From: Rhina ancylostomus
Taxonomy: Eukaryota
Direction of reading: 5' to 3'
Length of the DNA stretch: 64,000 bases
NCBI GenBank assembly: GCA_030265395.1
Contig: JARFYF010000052.1
Location: 81,589,940 to 81,653,939, forward strand
Under the pieces are notes generated by a model that saw only the letters and a program-made list of their open reading frames with translations, ran no database searches and had not been told where the DNA came from. The position numbers and the translations under genes were made by a program. This document shows positions 27,071 through 40,519 of the stretch, in pieces (positions within the stretch are counted from its first letter, which is position 1; each line of letters opens with the position of its first letter).

Positions 27071-27357
27071 TATCCAACAAGGCAATGGTGTGACCACTGA
27101 TTCAATATTCCTGCAGCGTCAGCAAGATTGGGTTCCGATCTCACTGTGTAGCTATGTGACATGAGATTGGAACTCCAGCTGAGCCTTGGTCTGATACTTC
27201 TACATCATGAGCGAAGCTGAATTGTCCAATCGGAAGAGGCTCAGGAATCCCATGTGTGAGGGATGCTGTCATTGGACAGAACTCCACAGATGGAAAGAGT
27301 GATTCACGAACTGATGTTAAGGCACAATCATTCCTAATGCACAGAGTAGTGGGATTG

Positions 27358-27570
27358 GGGCGCCACAGTGCCACAGATAGTAGAGCCTTGGCTTCATTGT
27401 GCCAGAGACCCGGGTTCAATCCTGACCTCAGGAGATGACTGTGTAGAATTTTCATATTCTCCCTGTGACTGCATGGGTTTCCTCCGGGTGTTTCAGTTTT
27501 CTCCCACATCCCAAAGACATGTGGTTGGCAGGTTAATTGGCCACTGTAAATTTCCCCTAGTGTCCGTGGT
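27358..27570 (+). mobile_element. V-SINE (HE1-like)
   Basis: tRNA head with B-box gggttcaatcc; V-domain tgtgtagaattt...ttctccctgtgactgcatgggtttcctccggg...cccacatcccaaagac. Confidence 0.85.
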
Positions 27571-28587
27571 AGAATCTGTTGTTTTAGGGCCACTCCCATT
27601 AATAATTTTCTATCTTCCACTCAGAAGAAGTTCATGTGCAGAAGTGGTGATACATCCAATGGAGCTATTAGGTAATAACCTGAGGGGAAAATGAACTCCA
27701 ATAAGTCATGAAGACTTAAGGAGCTTTTATATATTTAATAAGTAAAAATGGCAATTGAACAGGAATTCCCACTGCCATTTTCAATTATATGAAGCCTCTC
27801 TCTGAGAGTAGGGAGAGTGGTTTGGAGAAAAGTCTTTATATAGGTTGCTTCCCATAAGAAGAGAGATGGATAAATATTTGAAACACGTATTACCGACAGA
27901 GAACGTGGCAGAAGAAAAGTTCTGGAAAGTTCAAGCCAAATGCCAGCATGGATATTCAGGAACAACTGGCCTTTTGTTCAGTAACTTCCAAGATCCATGT
28001 TGTGATACAAGTTCCTAGGCTGTGGAATCCTTCCATTACCTTTCTCAAACGCTCATTCCTCATCCATAATGATGAGTTTTTATGTCATTCAACCACTGAG
28101 CGCAAGTCATCCAAGCCTGATCCCGTTATAATACACACATGTTCATCCTGAGGTTTTAACAATGGGAACTCCAGTTGAATTTTATTGCTTTTCCAAGTCA
28201 TAGGCATTGTCAGAAGCAGNNNNNNNNNNAGCTAGAGATTAGTTAATGAAGCACAGAGCAGCTGGTGGAAATGGGTCATGCTGGGGCTGTGAGGACCAAT
28301 CCTTTGTCACTTGGTGTATTTGCCATGAGAACACTCAATGTTAATGAGCAAAAGAAAGGTTGCTTCTTAGCTTACGCAGGTAAAAATCATCTCACAACGC
28401 GTCATATGGCAAAAGCCGAAGTTGTGATGTAAAACTCAGCACAAGAATTAAGATGTCGGTAACTAAAGGGAAAATTGAGAAGACCAAGTCTAGTCTGCAA
28501 GAGGAACATCAAGGATTTTGTTCAAAGTAGCAAAAATATTGAAGAGAAAGCTGAGAAGGTCAGGTGAAGAAATTGCTGGAAAATATA

Positions 28588-29140
28588 CAGGAAGTCCCCA
28601 GGTTACAAACGAGTTCTGTTTTAGAGTCTGTTCGTAACCTGATTTTGTGCACAACTTGGAACAGGGTCCGAGCATGCGCACTAGGCCCGGGGATCATGGC
28701 CGCGCATGCGCACTAGGCCCAGGGGTATGNNNNNNNNNNNNNNNNNNNNNNNNNNNNNNNNNNNNNNNNNNNNNNNNNNNNNNNNNNNNNNNNNNNNNNN
28801 NNNNNNNNNNNNNNNNNNNNNNNNNNNNNGCGCACTAGGCCCGGGGATCATGGCCGCGCATGCGCACTAGGCCCAGGGGTATGGCCGCACTGGGCCCCAG
28901 CCGCACATGCGCACTGGGCCTGGGAATTGAGGCCGTGCATGCGCACTAGGTCCGGGGAGCGAGGCCGCACATGCACAATTGGCCTGGGGATTGCGGCCGC
29001 ACTGGGCCCCAGCAGCACATGCACACTTGGCCTGGGGGGTCCCCGGCCGCACATGCGCACTTGGCCTGGAGACCCATGAAGGCCTGTTCGTAAATACGGA
29101 TGTTCGTAAACTTGGGCGTTCGTAAGACGGGGACTGCCTG
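28588..29140. mobile_element. Tigger/pogo-like MITE with TA target duplication
   Basis: TA|CAGGAAGTCCCCAGGTTACAAAC at the left; right-end reverse complement TA|CAGGCAGTCCCCGTCTTACGAAC; four subterminal GTTCGTAA repeats. Confidence 0.88.
28664..29070. repeat. GC-rich minisatellite (~32-50 bp units) inside the MITE
   Basis: Repeated ggccgcrcatgcgcactrggcc unit; interrupted by a 100-N gap. Confidence 0.9.
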
Positions 29141-29834
29141 TACACCACGAAAATTCCAGATGGCTGCGGAATTAATGTCAGAATAAAACACTCTAAGCAT
29201 ATGAAAGAGAATATCTTTTACTTCACAGACACTTCCATATATCCCTTGCAAGCCAGCAGTTACGCCACACAGTAATTCAGGTCACATTAATGAGGGACCA
29301 TTTGACCTACACAGTGAATAAACAAAACAAAAAAGAGACATTCCACCGGAACAACAATGGCAACATGAGAGCAAGGCACGCACAGCTTCTCCTACAACGT
29401 GGCTGAGGATTAGGCTGCTCGGTATTTGATTCCAGCTAACTGCCACTTCTCTTTCCTTACTGTTTTATTATTTATTTACAATAATGATCTAAACAGTTTG
29501 CTTTTCATTGGCAACAGGCTATTGATACACAGCTGCATTCATTCTATTCAGTGCATAACTTCCAACAGCGGTTCTTGCTCCAGTTTTAATATTAATGACA
29601 CCTTATTACTTCAGATAACCTGCATTGTCTTTCACTGCTCTATATGCATGTGGCCTATTTCTGGAACTTGGCCTAAGTTAACTGTGTTGAGGCTCTATAA
29701 GTATTTTATTTGGATAAATTAACAGAAACTTTTCCTTCATTAACATTTAAAATTGGTGATGTCTTGGTAAATAACCACCATGGATAGAATTGATCCATGC
29801 AACTACCAGAGCATATTTTTAGAGACAGCTCTAT

Positions 29835-29954
29835 AGGTTTCGAGCTGAAACATCGACAATTCCTTTCCTGCCACAGATGCTGCTCGACCCGCTGAGTTTC
29901 TCCAGCGGATTGTTTATTGCTTCAGATTCCAGCATCTGCAGTCTCTTGTGTCTC
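29835..29954 (+). mobile_element. Penelope-like element 3' terminal repeat (5'-truncated)
   Basis: gaaacatcgac...cacagatgctgctcgacccgctgagtttctccagc...gattccagcatctgcagtctcttgtgtct is homologous to 57090-57200. Confidence 0.8.
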
Positions 29955-30959
29955 TATTCTGTGTTAAGTGATTTCTAGCTGTGGAGATGCTACCACTGAC
30001 CTCTACGCCTCAGTGATGCCTCTCAGATAAAATCCCAGAGTGGCACTGGCAAGAGAGAAGACACAACATGTGCCCTCTAATGCTCTAAAAAGACAATGAA
30101 TGCTAATCTCAAAAATGGTTAAGAAGCCAAGAAACAGCACAGGTACTTCCTTTCCCCATTAAAGTGCTCTTGCAAATTAATGAACAAAAGGCCCCTCCTT
30201 CCCAATGACTGACTGTTTAAAAGCAGAGATATTTTTATAATAAAGGTTCAAAATAAAGCTTTTCCTGAAATGCTAAGAACCTCCCAGTGACTTTGTTACC
30301 ACCCTTTAAAGTTGTCACCAATATGCATAACTTGTATGTCCACATTCTGAAGCAGTGTCTATATACAGACAGAATGAACAAAATTCTTAATCATGTGTGG
30401 AATGTGTCATCAATATTCGTTTATACATCTAGTATTCAATGCTGTGGATAGTTAAATAACAGCAGTGTTTGCCCTACAAAATATATAATTCAAAGTTCTT
30501 TTAAGGCACCCATGGAAGAAGTTATATAAACACAAACTTTTTACTATTTCATAATGATTTCTATTCTTGGAACTATCATTACAACTTCAGTGGTTGAAGA
30601 TGAAAACCCCACCATCTTCTCGGGCCAATTGTGAAATGAGTAATAATGCCAGCTCATTTATATGGCGGGGACATTTAACACTTCATTAAATATTAGTATC
30701 CATGTCATTGTCCCACACAAAAAGAGACAAAGGCATCCAACCCATCCAGAGTTTTCTCCCTGGTAACCCCCAAAGCAAAACTGTGGGAGAGCAGAGATGG
30801 CAAATCAAGATGGCAAAATTATTGTACTTTGTCCACCAATATTGGTATTGCATCTCAGTTACTCACCCTTATTGTTTACCTCAGCTATAGCTGAGTGGGC
30901 AGTACCCATGGCAAGACTGTGGACATGCATTCCATTCCACGTACTTGTACACAAAAGTC

Positions 30960-31150
30960 TTGGTGGACATTTCAGCATGGCGCTGAGAGTGTTGCATTTT
31001 TGAAGGAAGGTAAACCAAGGCCCAGATGCTAAATTACAAGTTCTCCCTCAGATGGATGTAAGAGATCTTGTAGCACAATTCTGAAGAACAACTTGCTATT
31101 GTGGCCAATATTTGTTCCTAAAACAGATTATCTTGCCATCAGTTCATTCC
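30960..31150 (+). mobile_element. Deu-domain SINE fragment
   Basis: ctcagatggatgtaagagatcttgtagcacaattctgaagaa...ggccaatattt matches the recalled Deu domain. Confidence 0.55.
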
Positions 31151-31619
31151 TCATTACCAACCTGGCTCTACTATACGATGCCACTCTCTGATGTTCACTG
31201 CAAAAACCTCTAAAGCATGGATCACTCCTATATCTCAGAACCACCTCTAGTGAACCATCAATGATGAAAGTGACCGTCACCTTCAGTGCACCAGCAGAGC
31301 TGCTGGATGACTGTGGATAAGGATGTTTGAAACTCAAGAACTCAAACTAGTTTACAATTGTCTGTTGGGAATGTTTGCCTGGGAGAGGAGACCGATGTTA
31401 ATTTGTTGACTGATGCCCTTTTTTATGCTTTTGAGGACTGTCTACAGCAGGCACACCAGAGCACTGGAGAGTTACTAGCAATGTTGTCTCTGCAAAATTC
31501 TCCAATACCTGGCTGGCTTCCCAACATCAGCGGCCTCTCTGAGACCAACAACCACAGCATAGAGCCCCTAATTACACTCAGTTAGTTCCATTAGAGAGCA
31601 TTGATTCTGTCCAACTCCC

Positions 31620-32720
31620 TCAGGATCTAGTACATTTCAATAAGATTTCTTCTCATCCTAATCTCCACAGATCCCATATGCTTAATCAGTCTTAAAAACT
31701 GTGTGTGGTAATCCAGGTGTGGTCTCCTTAAGTATCTCTGATCTTGCATCACTCTTCATCTTATACCCTTTAGATTGTGTTGTGTCTTTTTGTTCTTCCT
31801 ACCTATCACTTTGCTCTTCACAATATTAAACTTTATCTATGTGGTGTCCACCCACCCNNNNNNNNNNCTGCCTCATATGATTAGACTCCTCACTACTTAC
31901 TGTACTTCCAGGTTGTGCTTTATCTTCAAGTTCAAGTCTTTGAAATATACCAAGAAAGGAAGTGGTTCTAAAACTGAACCCCAGGGAATACCACTACTTT
32001 TCATCATTGTGCACTTTGAAAAGTAAACAATTACCATTGTTTCCTATAATTAAGCCAATTTCTCAATCAATATTACCTTTCCTTCCATGGACTTCAGTGT
32101 TAACTAACCTAGTATGTGGCAAGTTATGAAAAGGCTTTTAGAGGTCCACAAATGACAAGAGCAACTTCACTGCCTTCATCAATTGTCCCAAGCATGGGCA
32201 GGCACGGTAGTGTATGGGCAGGCACGGTAGTGTAGTGGTTAGCATAACACTATTACAGCGCCAGCGACCCAGGTTCAATTCCGCCCACTGTCTGTAAGGA
32301 GTTTGTACGTTCTCCCCGTGTGTCATTGTAGGTTTCCTCCAAGTGTTCTAGTTTCCTCCCACATTCCAAAGACGTACGGGTTAGGAGTTATGGGAATGCA
32401 ATGTTGGCGCTGGAAGTGTGCCGACACTTGTGGGCCGCCCCCAGTATACTCTATGCAAAAGATGGATTTCACTCTGTGTTTTGATGTACGTGTGACTAAT
32501 AAAGAAATCTTATCAAAAAGGTTAATCATGTTACCTAAACACAATTTGCTCTATGCTGGTTCTCCTTAATTAATCTGCAATTGTCCAAATGACTGTTACA
32601 TTCCGTCCTGGATCTTTGTTGGAGCAGCTTCCCCATCAGCAAGGTTAGACTAACTGGCTGGTAGTGTTTGGGTTTATCCTTCCATCTTCTTTTGAACAAG
32701 GGTGCAGCATTTGCAATTCT
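31620..32720 (-). mobile_element. Decayed CR1 RT fragment split by a SINE insertion
   Basis: gaaccccagggaataccact is antisense SGIPWGS (SGVPQGS); ctaactggctggtag is antisense of Y.PVS. CR1 text resumes after 32514. Confidence 0.6.
32194..32514 (+). mobile_element. V-SINE with Rex1-type tail and a 20-bp 5' tandem duplication
   Basis: A-box ggtagtgtagtgg, B-box ggttcaattcc, V-domain, and tail gtgactaataaagaaatcttatc. Confidence 0.85.
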
Positions 32721-35574
32721 GATTTGCCTGATTGACTCCTGTTAGCTCAGCCTTACCTATAGGATATTGAAATAAAAATTACAAAGATGGAAATGCTAAT
32801 CTCAAATGATACTGAACTAAAAAGTTCAGTAACCTGGAACTACTGCAGCTCTTAGCTTATACAGATTGGAAGAAGTGGGACACAAACTTCAAACATGCTC
32901 TATTGCATTCACTAACGTAGAATATAAACTAAGGTGACAACAATGACAATGGTGGGGAGCAAATTAATTCAGAAAGGAGGTATTTAAAATCTGACACAGT
33001 TAAATGTTATCTAATAAATACAGATGTGCATGAAAATGAAATGTTAATTCTCAATCTCACACAAAGTAATTCAATACACTCTGAAAAAGTACATTACAAT
33101 TTCTACAGATCAGAGAATCTAAAGACTTCAGTGCAACAAAAGAAAGCAAAATGCCTTTCAGAGAAATCAACATGCTTTTTACTCATTCTCCACTCTCCCA
33201 ATAAAACTTGTGTTTTTCTTAAGTTGTTGATTCTAGTTGATTGGTTGTGTGAAATGTCTGTTGCTGCTGTCTAAATTACTGTTAAATTATCTCTCATCAT
33301 AGACTAAGATTACCGATCAGGTTGTGTTTTGAGGATGAAGGTTCAGTTGCAGTTGGCTGATTGGGCAAATCATGGAAATTAAGATTCAGAGCAAATATCC
33401 TTCTATAATCTGCCAGAACACTTAACCAGATTTCACAGCATTACACAAACTCACAGCAAAGTAATAAGCCACATGTCCAGATGGTCTACTTCAATATTTA
33501 CACAGCATATGAGCCGCCTTCACTCAAACTCACATCCTTCCCTTTCCACCCTCTACAATCCCAGTGCTCATCTGCTCCACCAGGCAGTAAATTCTAACCT
33601 CACCACTTCTCTGCGAAGGCTTCACAAACTGTTAGGAGCTATCGTATATATTTTTTTATTGTTTTGAACTCTCACAGAAGTAGATATACTTTCTCCATAT
33701 TCACTCTACAAAATCCCTACATAAATTTGAAGACCTCAATTTTCCCCCTCTGGAAAAAAAAAGAGTTCAATTTGTGACCTGTTAACTAATTTTAGCCACC
33801 TAACATTAACTGTTACTTTCCCATATTTTCCAAAGGATAAGAGAAAAGAATCCATCCAATCAAAGGACTCGGTAGGTGAAAATATTGCAACTGAGATAAT
33901 ATGAACAACAGGTTCACGTTTAGTCTATGTCTGTTTGGTGGCTCTCAACCAGGACAACAGTGAGGGCTTACAAATTGAACTCAATGCCACTGGCCAACAA
34001 TGATCCAAATTATTTTTAGGGGCTCCGTCTTGCTAAAGATCAATTGGTCCCAAAGTGTTAACATAGAGCTTGAATATGATGCTGTCCATCCACAGTCAAA
34101 AAGCTTGCCACATGAGCTTGCCTCACAGGGAGAGTCAGTGAGTATTTGAGAAATTAGAAATAGATTCACAGATGCAAAACCTCATACATTTTTAATTCCT
34201 AATCTAAATTCATTCATTTTTGTACATTTAGAGCATTGTACATGCTTTCAAGAGAATAGCTTTAGCAGCATATAATGATAAATATGTTTATTACTGGACA
34301 ACTCGCTTGTCGTTGATGCCAACAGATATTACGTCAGAGTTCTATCAAATAAATCAGATAAAAATTAATTGAACTCACATTAGTACATAGTTTCTTAGTT
34401 CAAGGAAACTAATCCTAGTGAATTAATTTCACACATCTTTCTCCTGAGATCTGAATCTTTTAATAATAAAGTGAAGCTGTTATTACTTGATTCCACTGTA
34501 CTCTTGATTTTCCACCTTTCCACATTCATTGCGAAAGGATGTGGCACTCCCTCTCAAAGAGATTGGTTTAATTCTATTTCAAAACAGAAGTAACAAGAAG
34601 CACAACAGTGTNNNNNNNNNNNNNNNNNNNNNNNNNNNNNNNNNNNNNNNNNNNNNNNNNNNNNNNNNNNNNNNNNNNNNNNNNNNNNNNNNNNNNNNNN
34701 NNNNNNNNNNNNNNNATAGCAGGTTTCCAATTAGCAATACAAATTTGTAATTACTCCCAGTTCCCGTGACCATCTCAACACAGAGTGTGAAGCAGGAGTG
34801 AACAGTATGATATATTTTACAGTGGTTCTCAGCCAATTTACATTCACAAAAAAAAATCCTGACAAACTTCCAAATTTAGTAACAATGCCTCCCTGTCTTG
34901 TTCGTTGCGACTTCAAAAAGAGCTTGATTTGTTTGCTCCGAGCATTTTTGATATCAACTGTTCCTGGGAAAATTCATCCACAATCAACGTAAACGCTTAA
35001 AACTTCCAGCAATTTCCATCCACACCCTGTGAAACTAAACACTACAGAGATGAAAATGAGATTACTGGCATCTAAACAAGATGAATAATTTCAGTGTGGA
35101 CATGGAAAGCAAACAGATAACTAGCATAACAATCTGGCTCTGCACCTTAAAGACAAACTACAGGGGATGGGTGAGACAATAACTGATTACAGAGTTACTG
35201 CTTAAAATTGCCACAGCCATTACACTGTTATTACAAATAGATATGGTGTCATACTAACTTGGTAAACTTCATTTAGAAACACAGATAAAACAAAAATCAT
35301 ACATTGCAATAGTACCTTTAATGTTGAAAAGTGTCTCAAGGTGCTTTAAAGAGAAAACAGACTGGTGAGTCTTTGTGGAAGCAATGGGAGACATAGTCAA
35401 AGGCATAGTTGAAGATCTATATTTTGAAAATAGCAGCAGAAAGGGAGATGGAGAAACACAGGAGTTTGGAGATGGAGGTCCATGAAGAAACAGGGAAGAT
35501 GCTGAGCAATCCTGAAGTCAGCTAGGTCTTTGATACGCCTGAAAAGGTGATTCTAACGCAACAGCGCACTGTGG

Positions 35575-35925
35575 GTTCTGGTAGCCTGGTGGCTAAGTTA
35601 CTGGACTAGTAGCCAGAATTCTGGGCCATTGATTTAAATACCTGAACTTGAATCCTGCAATGTTAGCTGGTGAATGTAAATTCAGAATATTAAATAGATC
35701 TGGAAATTTTAAAAAAATTGTTCATGTTAATTGCAACCAGATTGTTGTAAAATCTCAATCTGTACCTACTAATGTCCTTCAGGAAGTGTGCGATCCTTAT
35801 CCATTTGGCCTGGTTGTGACTTCAGATCCATCAATTTGGATTGCTTTTAATTTCTCCACAGCTCAGGGCAATTCGGATGGACAATAAGTGCTGGCCAGCA
35901 AGGACCACATCCCAACTAAGAAAAA
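35575..35925 (+). mobile_element. Old tRNA-derived SINE with LINE-derived tail
   Basis: gttactggactagtagccaga head; tail agggcaattcggatggacaataagtgctggcc is shared with the LINE end at 52.3-52.5 kb. Confidence 0.65.
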
Positions 35926-37962
35926 CACTAGCTCACCACAGGTGGCTTATTCCATTCCTGATTAGTTAATTAAAAGTTTGTAACACATTCATTGGAGATG
36001 TCATCTCAACACTTATATTTGCATATTGGTATGCATGTGAAATCTAATCTCTGTGGGCGTGTTAAAATAATAAATCTAAGTGCAAGGAATCTGGTTCTGA
36101 TTATTGTATATGTTTTATTTCCTTATTTACTGAATGGTTGTGGACAATTATTGACTGAATACACACAAGAAGAAAACTTTTCTGAAACAGTTGTTAATTG
36201 CCAATTCTTTTAGGATGGCAGAGACAGAAGATGCCACAGTACTGTGGAATTCCAGATATTTCAGTAAGTCTGCTTACATCAGAACCTTCTCAAGGTACAT
36301 TCACAGTGGTAGCACAGTTTGGTTTATCCCTCAGAGAGCAGATCCATTACACTAATCAAGAGGCTTGTCCAGTATGGGTTTCTTTGGGAGCTAACTCTGT
36401 TAAAAAATATTTCTATTATTTCTCTGCTTGGTTCTTCACTTCCTTTATCATTAAATAAACTAACAGATAATTTAGTAGTTAAACATNNNNNNNNNNNNNN
36501 NNNNNNNNNNNNNNNNNNNNNNNNNNNNNNNNNNNNNNNNNNNNNNNNNNNNNNNNNNNNNNNNNNNNNNNNNNNNNNNNNNNNNNTTATTAATTTAGAG
36601 TATTGTGATCCTAAGTATGATTTAACACAATGTATTCAGTAGTATTTTTACTCTCTTTTTTGAAGCATGTACTCTCTATTTTTTTGTGTGGACTTAATAA
36701 AAATATTGTAAAGAGAGCCGATCCATTATAGTGCTACTGGTCCTGGAGTCCAAACACTCCCAGGCATGTACCACCTTTTACTGTGAAAATAATATCTACT
36801 CAGACTACACGCAGCTGTGCTGAGATCTGGCATGAAACCCTTCTCTGCAGCCCCCTTCCCACCCCCAAATCAAAAATGGCCCCATGGCTGGGTGTGGAGA
36901 TTGCCTGTGAGGACTGGCATTGGGTGGGCTAAGATGAGCAGTGTGGCCACTCAGCACTGAGGGATAAGGTTCGGGACTGCAGTAAGGCAAGTCTGGGCCA
37001 TTGCTGGGAACAGGCAGCAGACAGGCCTCCTGGATACTGTGGCCTCTCTTGCCACCTCCTGTTGAATGTGACAGAAGCTGTTGTGTCCCCACCTCTAACC
37101 AGCCTGGAGAATAGCTTGGAACAAGCTCAGTGATGGTTGGTGGCATCGATCCAGCTGGAGTTCAACGAGTGCATGAGCAACAGCCTCCACCTGCCGCATC
37201 GGCCAGCCGTGGGGAGGGCAGGGGTTCCCACCACGGCGCTGGGGAGAGCAGGGGTTCCACCAGGCTCCTGCACATCAGTGCTATCAGTAATATAGCTCTT
37301 TATATATGTTATACTGATCCCATTTGGCACTGATTCCAACAGTGTTCTCGTTCCTTGGAATGTACCTGAAGTGCTAAGCGAAGTACTGGTATATATGTGA
37401 ATCAAGTGTTGGTAAAACAGCCATTCAGGTTTGAGGAGTTCCAAGTTTGATCCTTTGAAGATTCACTAATTTGAACTAAGGTAATGGATAGAAAGGTCAC
37501 AATTGTCACAGAGTAATGAAGCATCGACACAGGCTCTTCGGCCCAACGAGACAATGCAGTATACAGTGTGAGCGCCCTGTCTACAGTATACTAGGATATG
37601 AGAGAAAACAAAATGACCCTGCTCAAGATTGGCATTCTATGCTTGAAATGGGGAAGAAGGTAATTCCTGGGATGGAAATTTGAGGATATAAATTTTAAAC
37701 ATTCAACCTAATTAAGGTAGTTTAAAATTTAGTCTCTGTCAGAAAAGTCACAGAATAGCTACTGCAGGAAAAAAAATATACTAAGCTACCCTTATGCATC
37801 ATAGAAGCTAGATCCATTCACATCTGACCATGTATAAATTCGTTACACTTGCTAATCTGCCGAAAAGATATTTTATTCACGAGCACTGGCATCCCTCATC
37901 AAGCACAAAAAAAGCCATTAAAAAATCAATTGGCACACCTCCGACGGATGGGAAAATGAAGA

Positions 37963-37972
37963 CTGACGTCAG
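37963..37972. promoter_or_regulatory. Full palindromic CRE (CREB/ATF site)
   Basis: CTGACGTCAG within a repeat-free, CpG-retaining block. Confidence 0.4.
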
Positions 37973-40164
37973 CAGTGTAACTGTCCTGTTTTGCGACAAG
38001 TAAACAACAAAGTTGCGCTCGCAATAATACTTGTTTTATTGCTTTTGCATTCAGCCTATGCCAAGATGAGGCCAACGATCACTTTAAGTATTGTAATTAG
38101 AAGGCACTGCCGGCCTCAGCGACTGGCTTTCTCTCTCTCTTTACTCTCTCTGTTGTGCTGCATTCAGCTGCTAACTCTCTAGCTACAGATGTACCTGCCA
38201 AATACCTTTGGGTTCAAAATTCTTTTGCCACTCAGTCCAAACTGGGGCAAAAGATACCCCTTCAAAATACATGTCAGTAATCTTAATGTTAACTACCTTT
38301 CAAAGAATTGAAAACTTCAAGGTTCCTACTAATATTTGCATTTCAAAAAAATCCAAAATGAGAATTTACTCGAGTTATTTCTACCTGTTCTAAAATGCAC
38401 TAATGCTCTTCTTGTTCTCTTTGACAGCAAATGTTAAAGTCATTAGGCAGTATAAACAACTGATACTTTGAGGTGCGATTGAGTGAAACTATCCTTGAAT
38501 AGCGGTTTGATTCGCTCCCTCTGACCAAAACTGCAGATGGTGATACAACACAACAGTTTCTGTCTCCAAGCAGCAACTCCGGCTACGCTTTAACATTTTT
38601 AAAATAACATTAAGAAGAAATGACCAAAGATTATTAGTCCCTAACTGAATTTACCAATCACATCTCCCTTCATCACGACATGGAACAGCTGGAGTGTGGG
38701 TGAAGTGGAGCGGATAATGTCTTTCATGCTTCCGAGCACAATGCCTAAGATACCTGCCAAGCATCAGCACTGTGCATGAGAACTGCTTCAGTGGTACAGT
38801 AAGTATTTAATATTCATCTCATTGATGCTTTCATCACCTCCCCTAAGTTGTTAAAATTATAGATGAAAAAGTTAGAATTTCTTAATTATTACGATTAACA
38901 AATTAACATGTAAATTTCATCAGTTGACAATTATTAATTATACAGTAGCAAATGGACTGACAGTAAAATGTGAGAAACTCACAACCAACTAAACCAACAG
39001 GCAGTTATGATAATATCTAATTTAAAGTGAAATTAACATAAGCATGGGAGCATCTTCCATGGCAAGTTCCTATTTATGTTCCATATCTTCTGGATTTTCT
39101 CTAAATGGTTCTATGAACTGTGAAGACATCACCACAATCAGATACTAAGGTGAATTAAGCAGATGCAGAACACTTCACTTACTTAAAGACAAACACATTG
39201 GCATTCATAAATCAATACCAAAAACATTTGGGAAGTACTTTCAACTACCAACCATCAACAGTGCACACATTCTTGTTAAGTGTGTAATAGATTTCCTGCC
39301 ATTGTTATTCCCTTAACAGAAGGGTACACTTAAGTACATAGCATACCACTATGGCTAAATTATTTGAAATCACTTCATGTTATATTTATAATAATACAAG
39401 TGTTTCTGCAATGCTTGGAAAACTTGGAATATAACTTACACAGACCAGAATTGAGAAATAGTTGAACTATTAAAACATTATTTAACTGAAGATCATGATC
39501 AATTTATTAAATGANNNNNNNNNNNNNNNNNNNNNNNNNNNNNNNNNNNNNNNNNNNNNNNNNNNNNNNNNNNNNNNNNNNNNNNNNNNNNNNNNNNTAA
39601 ATGAAGTAAAATAGCAAGATCAGAGCTATTGGCTGAAAAAGGTTAGTGTTCAAAAAATATTGTCATTTAACAGAAGACAACTTCATAAAAGCTGCTGAAA
39701 TTAACATGCTTAGTTTATCTACAACATGATGTGATTACAAATTTATGTGAAAAGAACACAAAAATAACATTTTATTTGAATGCCAGAATAGGAAGACATG
39801 GGTCTAGCAAAGTTAGAGCCGATGGAAATTATATTTTAGGTTGGCACAGAACAACTGGGCAAGAGCCGCATTAAAATATTGACTTAGCACATCTTAGATG
39901 TCTCAATTTTTTTAAGATTAAGACAAAAGTACTGTAGACGGTAACAGATCATTGGTTGTACACTATCCCAACAAAATGTGTTGCTGTTGCAACATTTACT
40001 CTTTTAAAATATAGCAAACATAACTTTATTGCATGAAAAACTGTTTGAATTATTAAATGTGTTTCTTTATTTTGTGAGGGTGGGTTGTAGTAGACAGTCA
40101 CAAAACATCATATGCACCTGATGCTAATTTACTGATCCTCATCACCTAACAAGCAACGATGAGC

Positions 40165-40420
40165 CACAAGTCAGGAATGCAATGGATCATCTTGCAACGC
40201 ACAGGATGGGTGCAACTGCAGTAAGACTCAAAAACACGACACTGTCCAGGACAGACCAGTTTGAATGATATGTGTCAACAGACCCACCCGTCTACATCAT
40301 AACTGCACTGTAATATACAACATTCCCAGCCTACCTTGTGGCCTCATCCACTGAGAAGAACAGCAGCAGCTTGGTTATGATTACATGGGGCTTCCTGTAA
40401 GTTCCAACTAACTATTTTGA
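40165..40420 (+). mobile_element. Decayed LINE C-terminal fragment (8.6/15.3/52 kb family)
   Basis: caagtcaggaatgcaatgga...ggatgggtgcaactgcagtaagactca (QVRS.ME...WMGAA pattern). Confidence 0.5.
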
Positions 40421-40519
40421 AAAGTATAAAGTCTATTCATAATTCNNNNNNNCATTTATTCAAATTATCGGGCAATTACTTTTTAACACTTTGGTGAGCG
40501 ACATTGCATGGCTTAATTC

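Noticed and set aside
27358-27430. tRNA-like A/B boxes
   Set aside because: These are SINE heads followed by a V-domain; no complete cloverleaf.
28676-28883. Exact 54-bp duplication either side of a 100-N gap
   Set aside because: Probably an unmerged contig overlap rather than a real duplication.
28664-29070. Repeat-spacer appearance suggestive of a CRISPR array
   Set aside because: Eukaryotic context, degenerate units, no unique spacers and no cas genes; it is a minisatellite within a MITE.
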